This document shows positions 1-9,372 of a stretch of 49,637 bases of DNA, in pieces. Made by a program: the position numbers and the translations under genes. Numbering within the stretch: position 1 is the stretch's first letter; each line of letters begins with the position of its first letter. The notes below the pieces were generated by a model. The model did no database searches. It was not told where the DNA came from and saw only the letters and a program-made list of their open reading frames with translations. Origin of the DNA: a virus (Duplodnaviria; Caudoviricetes); IMG/VR virus record IMGVR_UViG_3300043173_000413, positions 1 through 49,637 of that record. One strand, written 5' to 3'.

Positions 1-127
1 CCGAACCCTTTAATGCTCGTTACTGAACCCGGTTTACTTTCCATGCGCGGCTCGACTGTACCAGCATTCGAAGCGTTCGACGTTAAAGCGATAGACGAGT
101 TTTTCAAATGGCTTTTCGGCTCGACTG
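1..127. repeat. Terminal overlap identical to 49511-49637 (circular assembly overlap)
   Basis: Exact 127-nt match between the window start and end; an ORF reads in frame across the junction. Confidence 0.97.
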
Positions 128-603
128 AAACAAAAAAATTTGATACGATTTGCGTTGATTCGACTTCGCAAATGGCAGAAATCAATCTACTCGAAGCGGA
201 AGGAAAGTCAAAAGACGGACGGGCGGTCTACGGTATAATGTCGAAGGCCGTTATGAAGAACATCAACAAACTGTTTTTCATGGAAAACAAACATATCTTC
301 TTGATAGCCAAAGAAGGCACGATCGAGGAAACGGTATGGAATTTTACAGGCCCGATCCCGCAGAAAATGACGGTCATGAAAAAGGTGCCATACTTCCCGG
401 GGAGAGAACTTGGGGTTAAAATCCCCCACCTTTATGACGAAATACTTTATATGTCACAAGGTGTTGTACCGGGACAAATCGGTGAAATGAAGTACATCAG
501 AACCAACGGAAGTAGTGACGTTTCGGCAAGGGATCGAAGCGGAAAACTTGACAATTATGAACCGCAAGATCTAAATTATATATTCAACAAAATAAACCTC
601 TAA
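1..603 (+). CDS. Sak4-like/AAA_24 ATPase (ssDNA-annealing recombinase), C-terminal part
   Basis: Walker B-like TICVDS and C-terminal ARDRSGKL..EP.DL; lies just upstream of an SSB, as Sak4 genes typically do. Confidence 0.8.
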   Translation, partial: PNPLMLVTEPGLLSMRGSTVPAFEAFDVKAIDEFFKWLFGSTETKKFDTICVDSTSQMAEINLLEAEGKSKDGRAVYGIMSKAVMKNINKLFFMENKHIFLIAKEGTIEETVWNFTGPIPQKMTVMKKVPYFPGRELGVKIPHLYDEILYMSQGVVPGQIGEMKYIRTNGSSDVSARDRSGKLDNYEPQDLNYIFNKINL

Positions 604-618
604 CAGGAGATCACGATC

Positions 619-1251
619 ATGACCGAACTTCAATTCGATGCAACGAAAGTAAAACCCGCAACACCCGGCGTTTCACAGCTTCCCATTTCCGATGATATGG
701 GGCATTTGGTGGTAATTACCGAGTCACCTATTATTACCACGAAGGACGGGGAGTCTGGCATGGTGGTATTCACGCTCCATATCACCGAAGGGCCTCACGC
801 AGGAGCAAGCGGGCCTTATCGCCTGAACATCTACAACAAATCGGAAGCATCCGCAGAGATCGCGTTTTCTCAGCTTTCCGCCATCTGCCACGTTACCGGT
901 ATTTACCAGATCATCAACACCGAACAGCTCCATAACATCCCGTTCCGCGTCCTGGTTCGTGAGCAGGCAGGTAATGACGACAAGTACACCGAAGTATATG
1001 GTGTACTGGATGCTGCCGGGAATCTCCCTGGTCAAGCACCGACCCAAGCACCGACCCAGGCGCCGCCTGCCGCTCCTGCTGCCGCACCGGTCCAGGCATG
1101 GAAAGCTCCCGGCGCGGTTGCTGGCGTTCCGGCTCCTGCTGCCGCTCCTGCTGCCGCTCCTGCTGCCGCACCTGCTGCCGCACCGCCTGCCGCTCCTGCT
1201 ACTGGCCCGGCTGGTCCGGCACCATGGGCCAGCAGGGGTAATTTACAGTAA
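619..1251 (+). CDS. Phage single-stranded DNA-binding protein (DUF669-like) with Pro/Ala-rich C-terminal linker
   Basis: AGGAG RBS; N-terminal FDAT.V.P, LNI.N.S..A.EIA..QLSAIC, low-complexity PAAA repeats and terminal APW motif; position between Sak4 and the nuclease. Confidence 0.7.
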   Translation: MTELQFDATKVKPATPGVSQLPISDDMGHLVVITESPIITTKDGESGMVVFTLHITEGPHAGASGPYRLNIYNKSEASAEIAFSQLSAICHVTGIYQIINTEQLHNIPFRVLVREQAGNDDKYTEVYGVLDAAGNLPGQAPTQAPTQAPPAAPAAAPVQAWKAPGAVAGVPAPAAAPAAAPAAAPAAAPPAAPATGPAGPAPWASRGNLQ

Positions 1252-1266
1252 TCAGTAAGTGATATT

Positions 1267-1291
1267 AAAAGGGGGTTTCGGCCCCCTTTTC
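1267..1291 (+). terminator. Intrinsic terminator
   Basis: AAAAGGGGG-TTTCGG-CCCCCTTTT hairpin with a T tract after the SSB gene. Confidence 0.75.
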
Positions 1292-1304
1292 AATTTAAAA
1301 AAGG

Positions 1305-2186
1305 TTGATTATGAGTTTTTACGAAGACCAAAAAGAACTTTCTGAAATGCTCAAAAATAGCATTGACGAATACTGCTTTAGAAAACATCCCCCTAAGTTT
1401 AGAAAACATTTGGGCGGGTCGGTTATCGGTAACGAATGCTCAAGAGCGTTATGGTATGGCTTCCGATGGGCTAAACTTGTCAAGCACGATGCCAAAAAGT
1501 TACGAGTGTTCAACCGGGGTCACCGTGAAGAACCTGTCCTAATTGACTACTTGCGCGGAATCGGATGCGAGGTTCAAGAAGGGGACGTGTTCACAGGCAA
1601 TCAATTTCGAGTATCGCATTGTCAAGGTCATTTCGGCGGGTCACTTGACGGTAAAGTAGTACTGCCCGAACAGTTCGACAAATCAAGAACGCGACACATT
1701 TTAGAAATGAAGTTACTCGATCAAAAGTATTTCCTTCCGTATTTAAAAAAGCCTGTTCAGGAAATTAGCTCAAGGTATTACGATCAAACGTGCGTCTATG
1801 GGGTGCTGTCCGGTATTAGTTCTGCATTATTTGTAGTCGTCAATAAATCGTCAAATAAACAAAACGAAGATTTAGCGGTACAGATAGTGCAACTCGATAT
1901 GCAACGAGGTGAAGAGCTTTTAGTCAAGGCTGCTGAAGTTATTTATGCCGAAACTCCACCAAAAGGCGTAGGCTCCCGATCGTCAGACTATCGCTGTAAA
2001 ATGTGCGATTACTCCAATCTTTGTTGGACTGTAGCTGATTCGGATAGTCCTAAAAACTGCCGCTGTTGTAATTGTGCCGAACCTGCCGATGACGCGCAAT
2101 GGAAATGTGTTAAATATGGCATAATCCCCGATGACTTTATGTTAAAAGGCTGCTCTAAATTTCGAAATATCTGTTACGAATTATGA
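1305..2186 (+). CDS. Cas4-like PD-(D/E)xK exonuclease
   Basis: HLGGS.IG.EC.R.LWY, GH..E, G.LDG, LEMK, Q...Y motifs; one N-terminal Cys plus CKMCDYSNLC (Fe-S staple pattern). Confidence 0.8.
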   Translation: MIMSFYEDQKELSEMLKNSIDEYCFRKHPPKFRKHLGGSVIGNECSRALWYGFRWAKLVKHDAKKLRVFNRGHREEPVLIDYLRGIGCEVQEGDVFTGNQFRVSHCQGHFGGSLDGKVVLPEQFDKSRTRHILEMKLLDQKYFLPYLKKPVQEISSRYYDQTCVYGVLSGISSALFVVVNKSSNKQNEDLAVQIVQLDMQRGEELLVKAAEVIYAETPPKGVGSRSSDYRCKMCDYSNLCWTVADSDSPKNCRCCNCAEPADDAQWKCVKYGIIPDDFMLKGCSKFRNICYEL

Positions 2187-4861
2187 TTATTACACCCCGT
2201 GATTATCAACAATATGCGATCGATTCCGTTATAAATTACTTCTCCGAAGGTAATGTGGGCAATCCGATAATAGCAATGCCGACAGGGTGCCACGCGAAAG
2301 GTCATATGATACTGATGTTTGACGGTTCACTGAAGGCGGTTGAAACCGTTATCCTTGGCGACTTGCTAATGGGGCCGGATAGTCTCCCACGAACAGTCCT
2401 TTCGTTAGCAAGAGGTCGGCAGGAGATGCGCCTGATAACTCCCGTTAAAGGTGAATCTTTCATAGTTAATATTGACCATAAACTGAATGTTAAAAAAGTG
2501 AATGAAGGAGGGACTTTCCTCTGCCGACAACAACGGAACGAAACAATAACAGTTAGGGATTTTGAAGACGGAACGAAATGGTATAGACATTTACGGAAAC
2601 TACGACGGGTCGAGGTTTCTTTTTCTGAAAAGTCGCAGCCATTAGACTCTTATTTTGTCGGCTTGATGTTAGGTGACGGATCGTTAGCGCGGGGAGTTGT
2701 TAATTTTACTGGCTCTGAAAAAGAAACTTTATCGGCTATTAAATCTGAAGCTTTTCGGTTTGGCTGCACGGTAACTGAATCGGCCAAAAACAATAATCCT
2801 GTTACTAAAAATCTTCGGGTTGTTGACCCTTGTGCTAATCGGTCGACTCCAAATAAAATAACAAAAATATACAGAAATTTAGAATTAATGGGAACAAATT
2901 CTTACACAGTTTTCGTTCCAGATGTTTATAAATTAAGCAGCACAACACAACGCATGGAGGTGTTAGCCGGCTTATTAGATTCTGACGGATATTACGATAA
3001 AAAAGGAAACGTCTATGAGCACTCCACCGTCGGTAAGCAATTAGGCGACGACGTGCGGTTCATGGCACGGAGTTTAGGTTTAGCCGCTTATACTTGTGTA
3101 TGTGACGCCAAACTAAATAGTAGGGTGATAAGTAAAGTTTACCGCACCGTAATTAGTGGCGACATTGACAGAATACCTGTCAGGACACCCTACAAAAAAG
3201 CAAAAAAGCGATCGCAGATTAAAGACGTGCTTTGCACAGGTTTCAGCGTTGAAGTTTTACCAGTTGACGATTATTACGGATTTACACTTAACGGGGATCA
3301 TTTATATTTAGATGAAAATTTCATCGTCCATCACAATACCGGTAAATCGATTATTATAGGCGGTTTAATTCAACAAGTTTTGCAGAAATGGCCAAATCAA
3401 AGGTTTCTTATGCTCACTCATGTTAAAGAACTTATTGAGCAAAATCACCAACGACTTCTTGACATGTGGCCCACTGCACCCGTTGGCATTTACAGCGCCG
3501 GATTAAGAAGAAAAGATATAGCACAACCCATCGTTTTCGGCGGGTGCGGTTCAATAGTAAATAATATCGAAGCGTTCGGTCACAGGGATCTTGTTATAGT
3601 GGACGAATGCCATTTAATCTCACCGAAAGCAAATACTACTTATCAGAAGATAATCGACGGCCTAAAAGTCGCAAATCCCCACATTAAAGTAATCGGTTTG
3701 ACTGCTACACCTTACCGGTTGGGACAAGGGCTTTTGACCGACGGCGGCCTTTTCACTGACGTATGCTGTGATGCTTGCGGGGTCGATGAATTTAATTGGT
3801 TTATTGAGCAAGGTCACTTAGCACCGCTTATTCCGAAACCGACATTGACGGAATATGATATTGAAAAGGTTGGAATTCAAAACGGCGACTTTAAAAAGGC
3901 TGAACTTGAACAGGCAGTTAATGAGGATAAATTGACTTTTAAAATCCTCGAAGAAATGGTTGAGGCTGGTTATGATAGGAAGTCATGGTTAATTTTTGCT
4001 TCAGGGATAAAACATACCGAAAGAGTTGCTGAAGCACTCGCTTATTATGGAATAACCGCATCAACTATACATTCTAAAATCGAAGCATCTTGCAAAGGAT
4101 GGAGCGTAGCGAGGGAAAGATTGTACCGCATTGAAGCATTCAAGAACCGGGAATTTCGAGCGTTGGTTAATATGAACGTACTTACGACCGGCTTTGATCA
4201 CGGACCTATTGATTTGATCGGAAGCTTACGCCCTACAGTTTCCCCAGGGTTACACGTTCAAATGTTAGGAAGAGGTACGCGACCTTGTGAAGGGAAAGAG
4301 AACTGTCTGGTGTTAGATTTTGCCGGTAACGTAAAACGATTGGGTCCGATCAATGACCCTGTTCTACCGAAGAAGAAAGGAAAGACGCCCGGTGAAGCTC
4401 CTATTCGCATCTGTCCACAACCACACTGCGGGGTTTATAACCATGCTTCGGCTCGAATCTGTTTCAATTGCGGCTTCGAATTTCCTATAAAAGAAAAACT
4501 CACTAAAGAAGCCGGTACTGCTGAGATAATAAAAAGTAACAAAAAAGCACCTGAACCAATGAAGGTTAAAGTTTTCACGGTCAGCAAGGCGATTTACAAA
4601 AAACACCATAAAGCAGGTTCGAAACCCTCGTTGCAAGTCACATACTTTAGTTCAGGAGGAACATTTAAAGAGTTTGTTTGTCTGGAACATAAAGGTTACG
4701 CTCGAACAATGGCGATAAACTGGTGGAAGTCGCGGCATAACACACACGCGCCGTTGACAATAGATCAAAGTTTAGATATAGTTAGTTTTCTTAAAGTACC
4801 TGCATCAATTAGAATTTGGGTTAATAAAAAATATCCGGAGATAATGAGTTATGAATGGTAG
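2183..4861 (+). CDS. SF2 DEAD/DEAH-like (RadD/SSL2-type) helicase containing an intein
   Basis: PRDYQ Q-motif, Walker A PTG/TGKS split by the intein, DECH, TATP, TTGFD, QMLGRGTR, C-terminal Zn ribbon CPQPHC..CFNC. Confidence 0.92.
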   Translation: MIITPRDYQQYAIDSVINYFSEGNVGNPIIAMPTGCHAKGHMILMFDGSLKAVETVILGDLLMGPDSLPRTVLSLARGRQEMRLITPVKGESFIVNIDHKLNVKKVNEGGTFLCRQQRNETITVRDFEDGTKWYRHLRKLRRVEVSFSEKSQPLDSYFVGLMLGDGSLARGVVNFTGSEKETLSAIKSEAFRFGCTVTESAKNNNPVTKNLRVVDPCANRSTPNKITKIYRNLELMGTNSYTVFVPDVYKLSSTTQRMEVLAGLLDSDGYYDKKGNVYEHSTVGKQLGDDVRFMARSLGLAAYTCVCDAKLNSRVISKVYRTVISGDIDRIPVRTPYKKAKKRSQIKDVLCTGFSVEVLPVDDYYGFTLNGDHLYLDENFIVHHNTGKSIIIGGLIQQVLQKWPNQRFLMLTHVKELIEQNHQRLLDMWPTAPVGIYSAGLRRKDIAQPIVFGGCGSIVNNIEAFGHRDLVIVDECHLISPKANTTYQKIIDGLKVANPHIKVIGLTATPYRLGQGLLTDGGLFTDVCCDACGVDEFNWFIEQGHLAPLIPKPTLTEYDIEKVGIQNGDFKKAELEQAVNEDKLTFKILEEMVEAGYDRKSWLIFASGIKHTERVAEALAYYGITASTIHSKIEASCKGWSVARERLYRIEAFKNREFRALVNMNVLTTGFDHGPIDLIGSLRPTVSPGLHVQMLGRGTRPCEGKENCLVLDFAGNVKRLGPINDPVLPKKKGKTPGEAPIRICPQPHCGVYNHASARICFNCGFEFPIKEKLTKEAGTAEIIKSNKKAPEPMKVKVFTVSKAIYKKHHKAGSKPSLQVTYFSSGGTFKEFVCLEHKGYARTMAINWWKSRHNTHAPLTIDQSLDIVSFLKVPASIRIWVNKKYPEIMSYEW
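2288..3337 (+). mobile_element. Intein (350 aa) with LAGLIDADG homing endonuclease, inserted in the helicase Walker A motif
   Basis: Begins CHAKG, ends HHN followed by Thr; block B VNIDH; motifs VGLMLGDGS and LAGLLDSDG; removal restores MPTGTGKS. Confidence 0.93.
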
Positions 4862-4987
4862 CTATGATCAGTATGTAAAAGATTGCATAAAAGAAAACAA
4901 AAAACCAGTTTGTTACGAAAACTGGAAAATATTAATCGAAAGAACAGCAAATGCTTTAAAATGGTTCACGAAAGGAGTATTTAATAA

Positions 4988-5230
4988 ATGAAAAGCAACA
5001 TTAGTGATAAAGACGCTGAACAGGTAGCGAGCGTTATAAAAGGGATAAGTCAAGTTCTTCCTGATAAGATAGCCGCCGAAGTTTCATTACTGTTCGCTCG
5101 CTCTCGTCAACATTGCCTTGATTGTATAAAGTGGAATGCTCCCGGTGAATATTGCGAAAAATACAATCAAAAGCCACCGCTTGATGTTATTGTTAAAGGT
5201 TGCCGTGAATTTGACGACATACCTTTTTAA
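4988..5230 (+). CDS. Hypothetical Cys-rich protein ending in DDIPF
   Basis: AAGGAG RBS; CxxC...C...C pattern and an SSB-like acidic tail. Confidence 0.7.
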   Translation: MKSNISDKDAEQVASVIKGISQVLPDKIAAEVSLLFARSRQHCLDCIKWNAPGEYCEKYNQKPPLDVIVKGCREFDDIPF

Positions 5231-5242
5231 AAAGGAGCTTGT

Positions 5243-5381
5243 TATGGTCGAAATTGTTAAATATAGTATGCTCACTGGCGCAGGGCTTTATATTTTAGGC
5301 TACGCTTTGGACGACGAAATCCCGAAAGCTTTAGGGGCTGGTATTATAGCTATGTGTTTTATAAAGATGTTATCGGTATGA
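5243..5381 (+). CDS. Small hydrophobic (membrane) protein; start position approximate
   Basis: AAGGAG RBS before MVEIVKYSMLTGAGLYILGY...; C-terminal part of ORF 5136-5381. Confidence 0.45.
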
Positions 5382-6328
5382 AAACGTTAAAGGGTGCTTT
5401 AGAGTTCGTTCTCATCGCCCAGGGGAAAGGTGATAGAGAATTCCATAAGCATTGCCGCATTGAAAACGGAACGGTATCAGCTACTGACGGTATCGTTTCC
5501 GCAGGATGCCGAATTGAGGAAGATTTGTATTGCAAACCTAATACCGAACTTTTACTTGCTGCGCTTTCTAAATGTAAAAATGAAGTTAACTTTACCCAAG
5601 TTAGTGACTCAACTCTATCAATTAAAAGTGGCAGATTTAAGGCTTCAATCCCATGTTTCGAGCTTGATCTGCCCGAAATTGCTCCCGATGGTCCGTGCGT
5701 TACTGAAGTAAATAAAAATTTGTTGAAGAGTATTTCCAAACTTGTTTCAATAGCCGATAAAAGCCAGAATGAAAACTACAAGTCAGTGTTTATAAAAGGA
5801 GGATCTGTTTTCGCTACCGATGGGCGGCTTTTAGTTGAGATATGGCACGGTGGAGCATTTGATCAAAGATCAATCCCTATTGATTCCTGTAAAAGGCTTC
5901 TTAAAATAAAAGGCGATTTGTCATCAGTAGCATCGTCCGATGATTCTAACACATTTTACTTCACCGACGATTCATGGTTTAAGACTCCACTCGCTTCATC
6001 AGAATTCCCACATATCGACGAACTCTTAAATATTGAAACTTCCCCGACACCTTTGACTAAAGAAGTGATTGAAGGTTTCCGTTCAGTTGCTCCATTTTGT
6101 GAAACGTTTATAAAATTTGAAACCAATTTAATATCTTCAATCGGCCCAAATACTTCAGGCGAAAGTCAATATGAAATAGATACACCGTCTAACAATTGCT
6201 GTTTTTCAGCTGTTCTTTTTTCTTCAATAATGGGCGATATTAAAACGATTGATTTTAACACAAACGAAACTTTGATATATTTTTTTGGCGATAATATGCG
6301 CGGGGCTTTAGCGAAAGGGCGGGAATAA
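5378..6328 (+). CDS. DNA polymerase sliding clamp (beta-subunit-like)
   Basis: Repeated ATDG motifs (VSATDG, VFATDG), FP motif, ~316 aa, adjacent to the polymerase; ATG overlaps the upstream stop. Confidence 0.75.
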   Translation: MKTLKGALEFVLIAQGKGDREFHKHCRIENGTVSATDGIVSAGCRIEEDLYCKPNTELLLAALSKCKNEVNFTQVSDSTLSIKSGRFKASIPCFELDLPEIAPDGPCVTEVNKNLLKSISKLVSIADKSQNENYKSVFIKGGSVFATDGRLLVEIWHGGAFDQRSIPIDSCKRLLKIKGDLSSVASSDDSNTFYFTDDSWFKTPLASSEFPHIDELLNIETSPTPLTKEVIEGFRSVAPFCETFIKFETNLISSIGPNTSGESQYEIDTPSNNCCFSAVLFSSIMGDIKTIDFNTNETLIYFFGDNMRGALAKGRE

Positions 6329-6330
6329 TA

Positions 6331-6401
6331 ATATTGACAAATATATTGACAAACTAATATTATCGTGAGATAAAGGTTTCGATACTAACATTTAAAGGAG
6401 G
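6331..6401 (+). promoter_or_regulatory. Tandem-TTGACA promoter cassette and RBS
   Basis: TTGACAAA at 6334 and 6346, then CTAACATTTAAAGGAGG. Confidence 0.65.
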
Positions 6402-6409
6402 TTGAAACC

Positions 6410-6670
6410 ATGGATACTAAAGTTTGCACTGGATGCGGGGGAGAGTTTCCGGCAACTGTTGAGTTTTTTCATAGAAAGAAAAATGGGAAATTCGGCCTTA
6501 GATCTGTCTGTAAATCTTGCGCGCTCGAATATCAGAGAGAATACTGCAAAACTAACGGAGATAAATGTAACAAATACCAGAGCGAGTATAGGAATGATAA
6601 TAAAGACAAAATCAAGGAATACCAGAGCGAGTATAGGAAAAAGAAAAAGGTCGTTAATTCTAATGGCTAA
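6410..6670 (+). CDS. Small Zn-finger protein resembling the N-terminus of HNH/endonuclease VII-type homing endonucleases
   Basis: AAGGAGG RBS; K.CTGC..EFP...FF.RK...G.RS.CKSC followed by a repeated EYQ.EY helix; no nuclease domain visible. Confidence 0.7.
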   Translation: MDTKVCTGCGGEFPATVEFFHRKKNGKFGLRSVCKSCALEYQREYCKTNGDKCNKYQSEYRNDNKDKIKEYQSEYRKKKKVVNSNG

Positions 6671-8657
6671 TTTTTTCACAGACAATGAACTTTTAGAAGC
6701 TAAAGGCGGATGTTTAGTTTTCGATATTGAAAGTTTCCCAAACTATTTTCTTATAGTATGTAAATGTTTTCACACCGGAAGGCTTGTCACGTTTGAACGT
6801 TACGAAGGTGTTGATTTCAACATTCAAAAATTACTTTTCGTTTTGCATAACTTTACATGTGTAGGATTCAATTCAAATTCTTATGATATGCCGATGGCAT
6901 GGGCGTCATTAAAAGGCTTCACCGCTGAAGTATTAAACCGTATCACCCGCGATATAATAATAGGCGAAGAGCGGCCACGTGATATTGAAAAATCGTATGG
7001 TTTCAAAGTCGGCAATACTAAACATGTTGATTTAATCGAAGTTGCACCACTCAAAGCATCATTAAAACTATATGCCGGAAGGCTTCATGCTCCTTTGCTT
7101 CGAGATCTCCCATTTGCTCCAACCAAAAAACTAACGCTCGAAGAAATGAAAGAAGTTTTTGATTATTGTATTAACGATGTTGATAATACAGCTTTACTTT
7201 TGGCAAATTTGATAAAGCAACTTGACTTGCGACAAACTCTCGGTGCTGAATATAACATAGATTTGTTAAGCAAATCGGATGCTCAAATCGCGGAACATGT
7301 TTTAAGCAGTGAGATCGCAAAGCACATAGGAAGAGAAGTAAAGCGTCCAACTATCGCTCCTGGGACAATTTTTAAATATGACCCCCCTGCATTCTTATCA
7401 TTTAAAACAGAAGTGCTGAAAGACGCTTTCGAAAAGTGCAAATCCGCAATTTTCGAAATTCCCCGCGAGGGAAAGTTACTTCTTCCGCTTGAGCTTACTG
7501 GTGAGATAGTAAAAACTAAACGTAAGGGCATAAAAGTAAATGTGGGCAATTCCACGTATCAGATCGGCTTAGGCGGTTTACATAGCTGTGAAAAGTCAAT
7601 TTCACATGAAGCCGACGGAGATACTATACTTACCGAAAAGGACGTTACGAGCTATTATCCTTTTATTATTTTAAACAATAAGTATTTCCCGTTGCATATA
7701 GGGGAAGCGTTCTTAGACAGTTACGGTGATGTAGTACGCCAAAGGCTTAAAGCAAAACAACTCAATAAGCAAAGCAAATGTGAAAAGGAATCCCTTAGAA
7801 ATAGGTTAAACGAATTAGGCAAAAACGGTATTAAGAAGGAGTATTTACGTTTAGAATCAATAATAGATTTAAACACAACCATATCAGACTCATTAAAAAT
7901 TACAATTAACGGGTCGTTCGGTAAGTTTGGCTCGAAATGGTCGAAACTTTATTCGCCTCACCTTATGATTCAGGTTACACTTACCGGCCAACTTTCGCTT
8001 TTAATGTTAATCGAAATGATCGAATCTCAGGGAATCCCCGTGGTATCGGGCAATACCGACGGCATCGTCATAAAATGTCCCAAATCAAGATACCGAGATC
8101 TTGAGATGATCTGCTTAAAATGGGAATCCTTGACTGCATTTAATCTTGAGGAAACCCGATATTCGGCCCTTTATTCACGGGATGTGAACAACTACCTTGC
8201 TATCAAAGAGAAAGGTGGTCACAAGGGCAAAGGGGCGTTCTCTTTCCCGGATTTGGATGCCGGAAAGTTCAACCTTTCGAAAAATCCAGTGAACCAAATA
8301 TGTGTTGAGGCTGTGCTTGCCCACATTAAAACCGGAAAACCTCTACTCGAATTTATCCAGGCCAGCAAAGATGTTAGGAAGTTCGTAACAGTACGGAATG
8401 TTAAAGGCGGTGCTGTAAAGAACGGGGAATATTTGGGCAAAGCTATTCGGTGGTATTATAAGTTCGGTGAAATGGGAACAATAAATTATCAAAACACAGG
8501 AAATAAAGTCCCTAAAAGCGACGGCGCAAAACCTTTAATGATTCTGCCCAGTGAACTTCCAAAAGATATTGATTATAAAAGATACGAAACGGAAGCTGAA
8601 GATATTTTAAACGATATAGGATTTTATGAAAAGGCGAAGCAGCTTAACTTATTTTGA
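6663..8657 (+). CDS. Family B-type DNA polymerase with 3'-5' exonuclease
   Basis: ExoI FDIE, ExoII GFNS..YD, ExoIII YCIND; Pol motifs DVTSYYP, KITINGSFGK, NTDG; start reassigned to ATG 6663. Confidence 0.9.
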   Translation: MANFFTDNELLEAKGGCLVFDIESFPNYFLIVCKCFHTGRLVTFERYEGVDFNIQKLLFVLHNFTCVGFNSNSYDMPMAWASLKGFTAEVLNRITRDIIIGEERPRDIEKSYGFKVGNTKHVDLIEVAPLKASLKLYAGRLHAPLLRDLPFAPTKKLTLEEMKEVFDYCINDVDNTALLLANLIKQLDLRQTLGAEYNIDLLSKSDAQIAEHVLSSEIAKHIGREVKRPTIAPGTIFKYDPPAFLSFKTEVLKDAFEKCKSAIFEIPREGKLLLPLELTGEIVKTKRKGIKVNVGNSTYQIGLGGLHSCEKSISHEADGDTILTEKDVTSYYPFIILNNKYFPLHIGEAFLDSYGDVVRQRLKAKQLNKQSKCEKESLRNRLNELGKNGIKKEYLRLESIIDLNTTISDSLKITINGSFGKFGSKWSKLYSPHLMIQVTLTGQLSLLMLIEMIESQGIPVVSGNTDGIVIKCPKSRYRDLEMICLKWESLTAFNLEETRYSALYSRDVNNYLAIKEKGGHKGKGAFSFPDLDAGKFNLSKNPVNQICVEAVLAHIKTGKPLLEFIQASKDVRKFVTVRNVKGGAVKNGEYLGKAIRWYYKFGEMGTINYQNTGNKVPKSDGAKPLMILPSELPKDIDYKRYETEAEDILNDIGFYEKAKQLNLF

Positions 8658-8708
8658 ATTTCGTGATAAAATAGCATTCAAAACATAATCAAACCACAGG
8701 AGTCAATA

Positions 8709-8909
8709 ATGTGCGATGAGTTAGAAACAGCAGTTAAGTGCTTGATACGTTCCCGTGAATACATCAAACAAGCCCGTGATGAGGCGGAAGCAAGACACGA
8801 TAGTTATGGTGAATTTTATATGGACGGCGGCATGTTTGAAATTATGCAGGAGACGGAAAAGTTGCTTGGCGAAATAAACATTGCAGTCAACAACTTCAAA
8901 AAACTATAA
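8709..8909 (+). CDS. Hypothetical protein
   Basis: AGGAG RBS, co-oriented ORF. Confidence 0.65.
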   Translation: MCDELETAVKCLIRSREYIKQARDEAEARHDSYGEFYMDGGMFEIMQETEKLLGEINIAVNNFKKL

Positions 8910-8938
8910 GAATAAACTTATTTTGATTCTATGAAAGG

Positions 8939-9355
8939 ATGAATGGGATGTTTCATAATAAAATTCTCGAATTAATCCGGCTTGAAACCGGACATGAAGG
9001 AACTATCGGCGTTTTAAAAATCAACAAGCGAGTATTCTGCTCAACTTTGGAACCGCCGGATCTTCAGAACGCCCGGGGCGCATCCAATATTCCCGCAGGA
9101 CAGTATTGCTGCGGATTTGTTCTGAGTCCGAAATTTGGACCGGCGTATGAGGTCCAGAACGTCCCTGGGCGATCCTCTATCCTGTTTCACGCCGGCAATA
9201 CCGTGGACCATACTCAGGGTTGCATTTTGCTCGGGCAGTATCCTGGGAAGCTACGGGGCGACCGCGCCGTGTTGAACTCCGGTAAAACGTTTAAGCGATT
9301 CATGGACATTGTCGTCGATGAGCCTCAATATTTAACCGTATTAGAATGTTATTGA
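8939..9355 (+). CDS. DUF5675-like protein (candidate peptidoglycan-acting enzyme)
   Basis: TIG.L, TLEPP, IPAGQY, VPGRS.ILFHAGN...TQGCILLG motifs. Confidence 0.75.
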   Translation: MNGMFHNKILELIRLETGHEGTIGVLKINKRVFCSTLEPPDLQNARGASNIPAGQYCCGFVLSPKFGPAYEVQNVPGRSSILFHAGNTVDHTQGCILLGQYPGKLRGDRAVLNSGKTFKRFMDIVVDEPQYLTVLECY

Positions 9356-9372
9356 CTATCAAAGGAGATTTC

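Noticed and set aside
1030-1225. GCCGCTCCTGCT tandem repeats as a regulatory or mobile repeat
   Set aside because: They encode the Pro/Ala linker of the SSB
6402-6662. N-terminal extension of the DNA polymerase given in the ORF track
   Set aside because: It overlaps the Zn-finger ORF 6410-6670, which has the properly spaced RBS; ATG 6663 is the more plausible pol start
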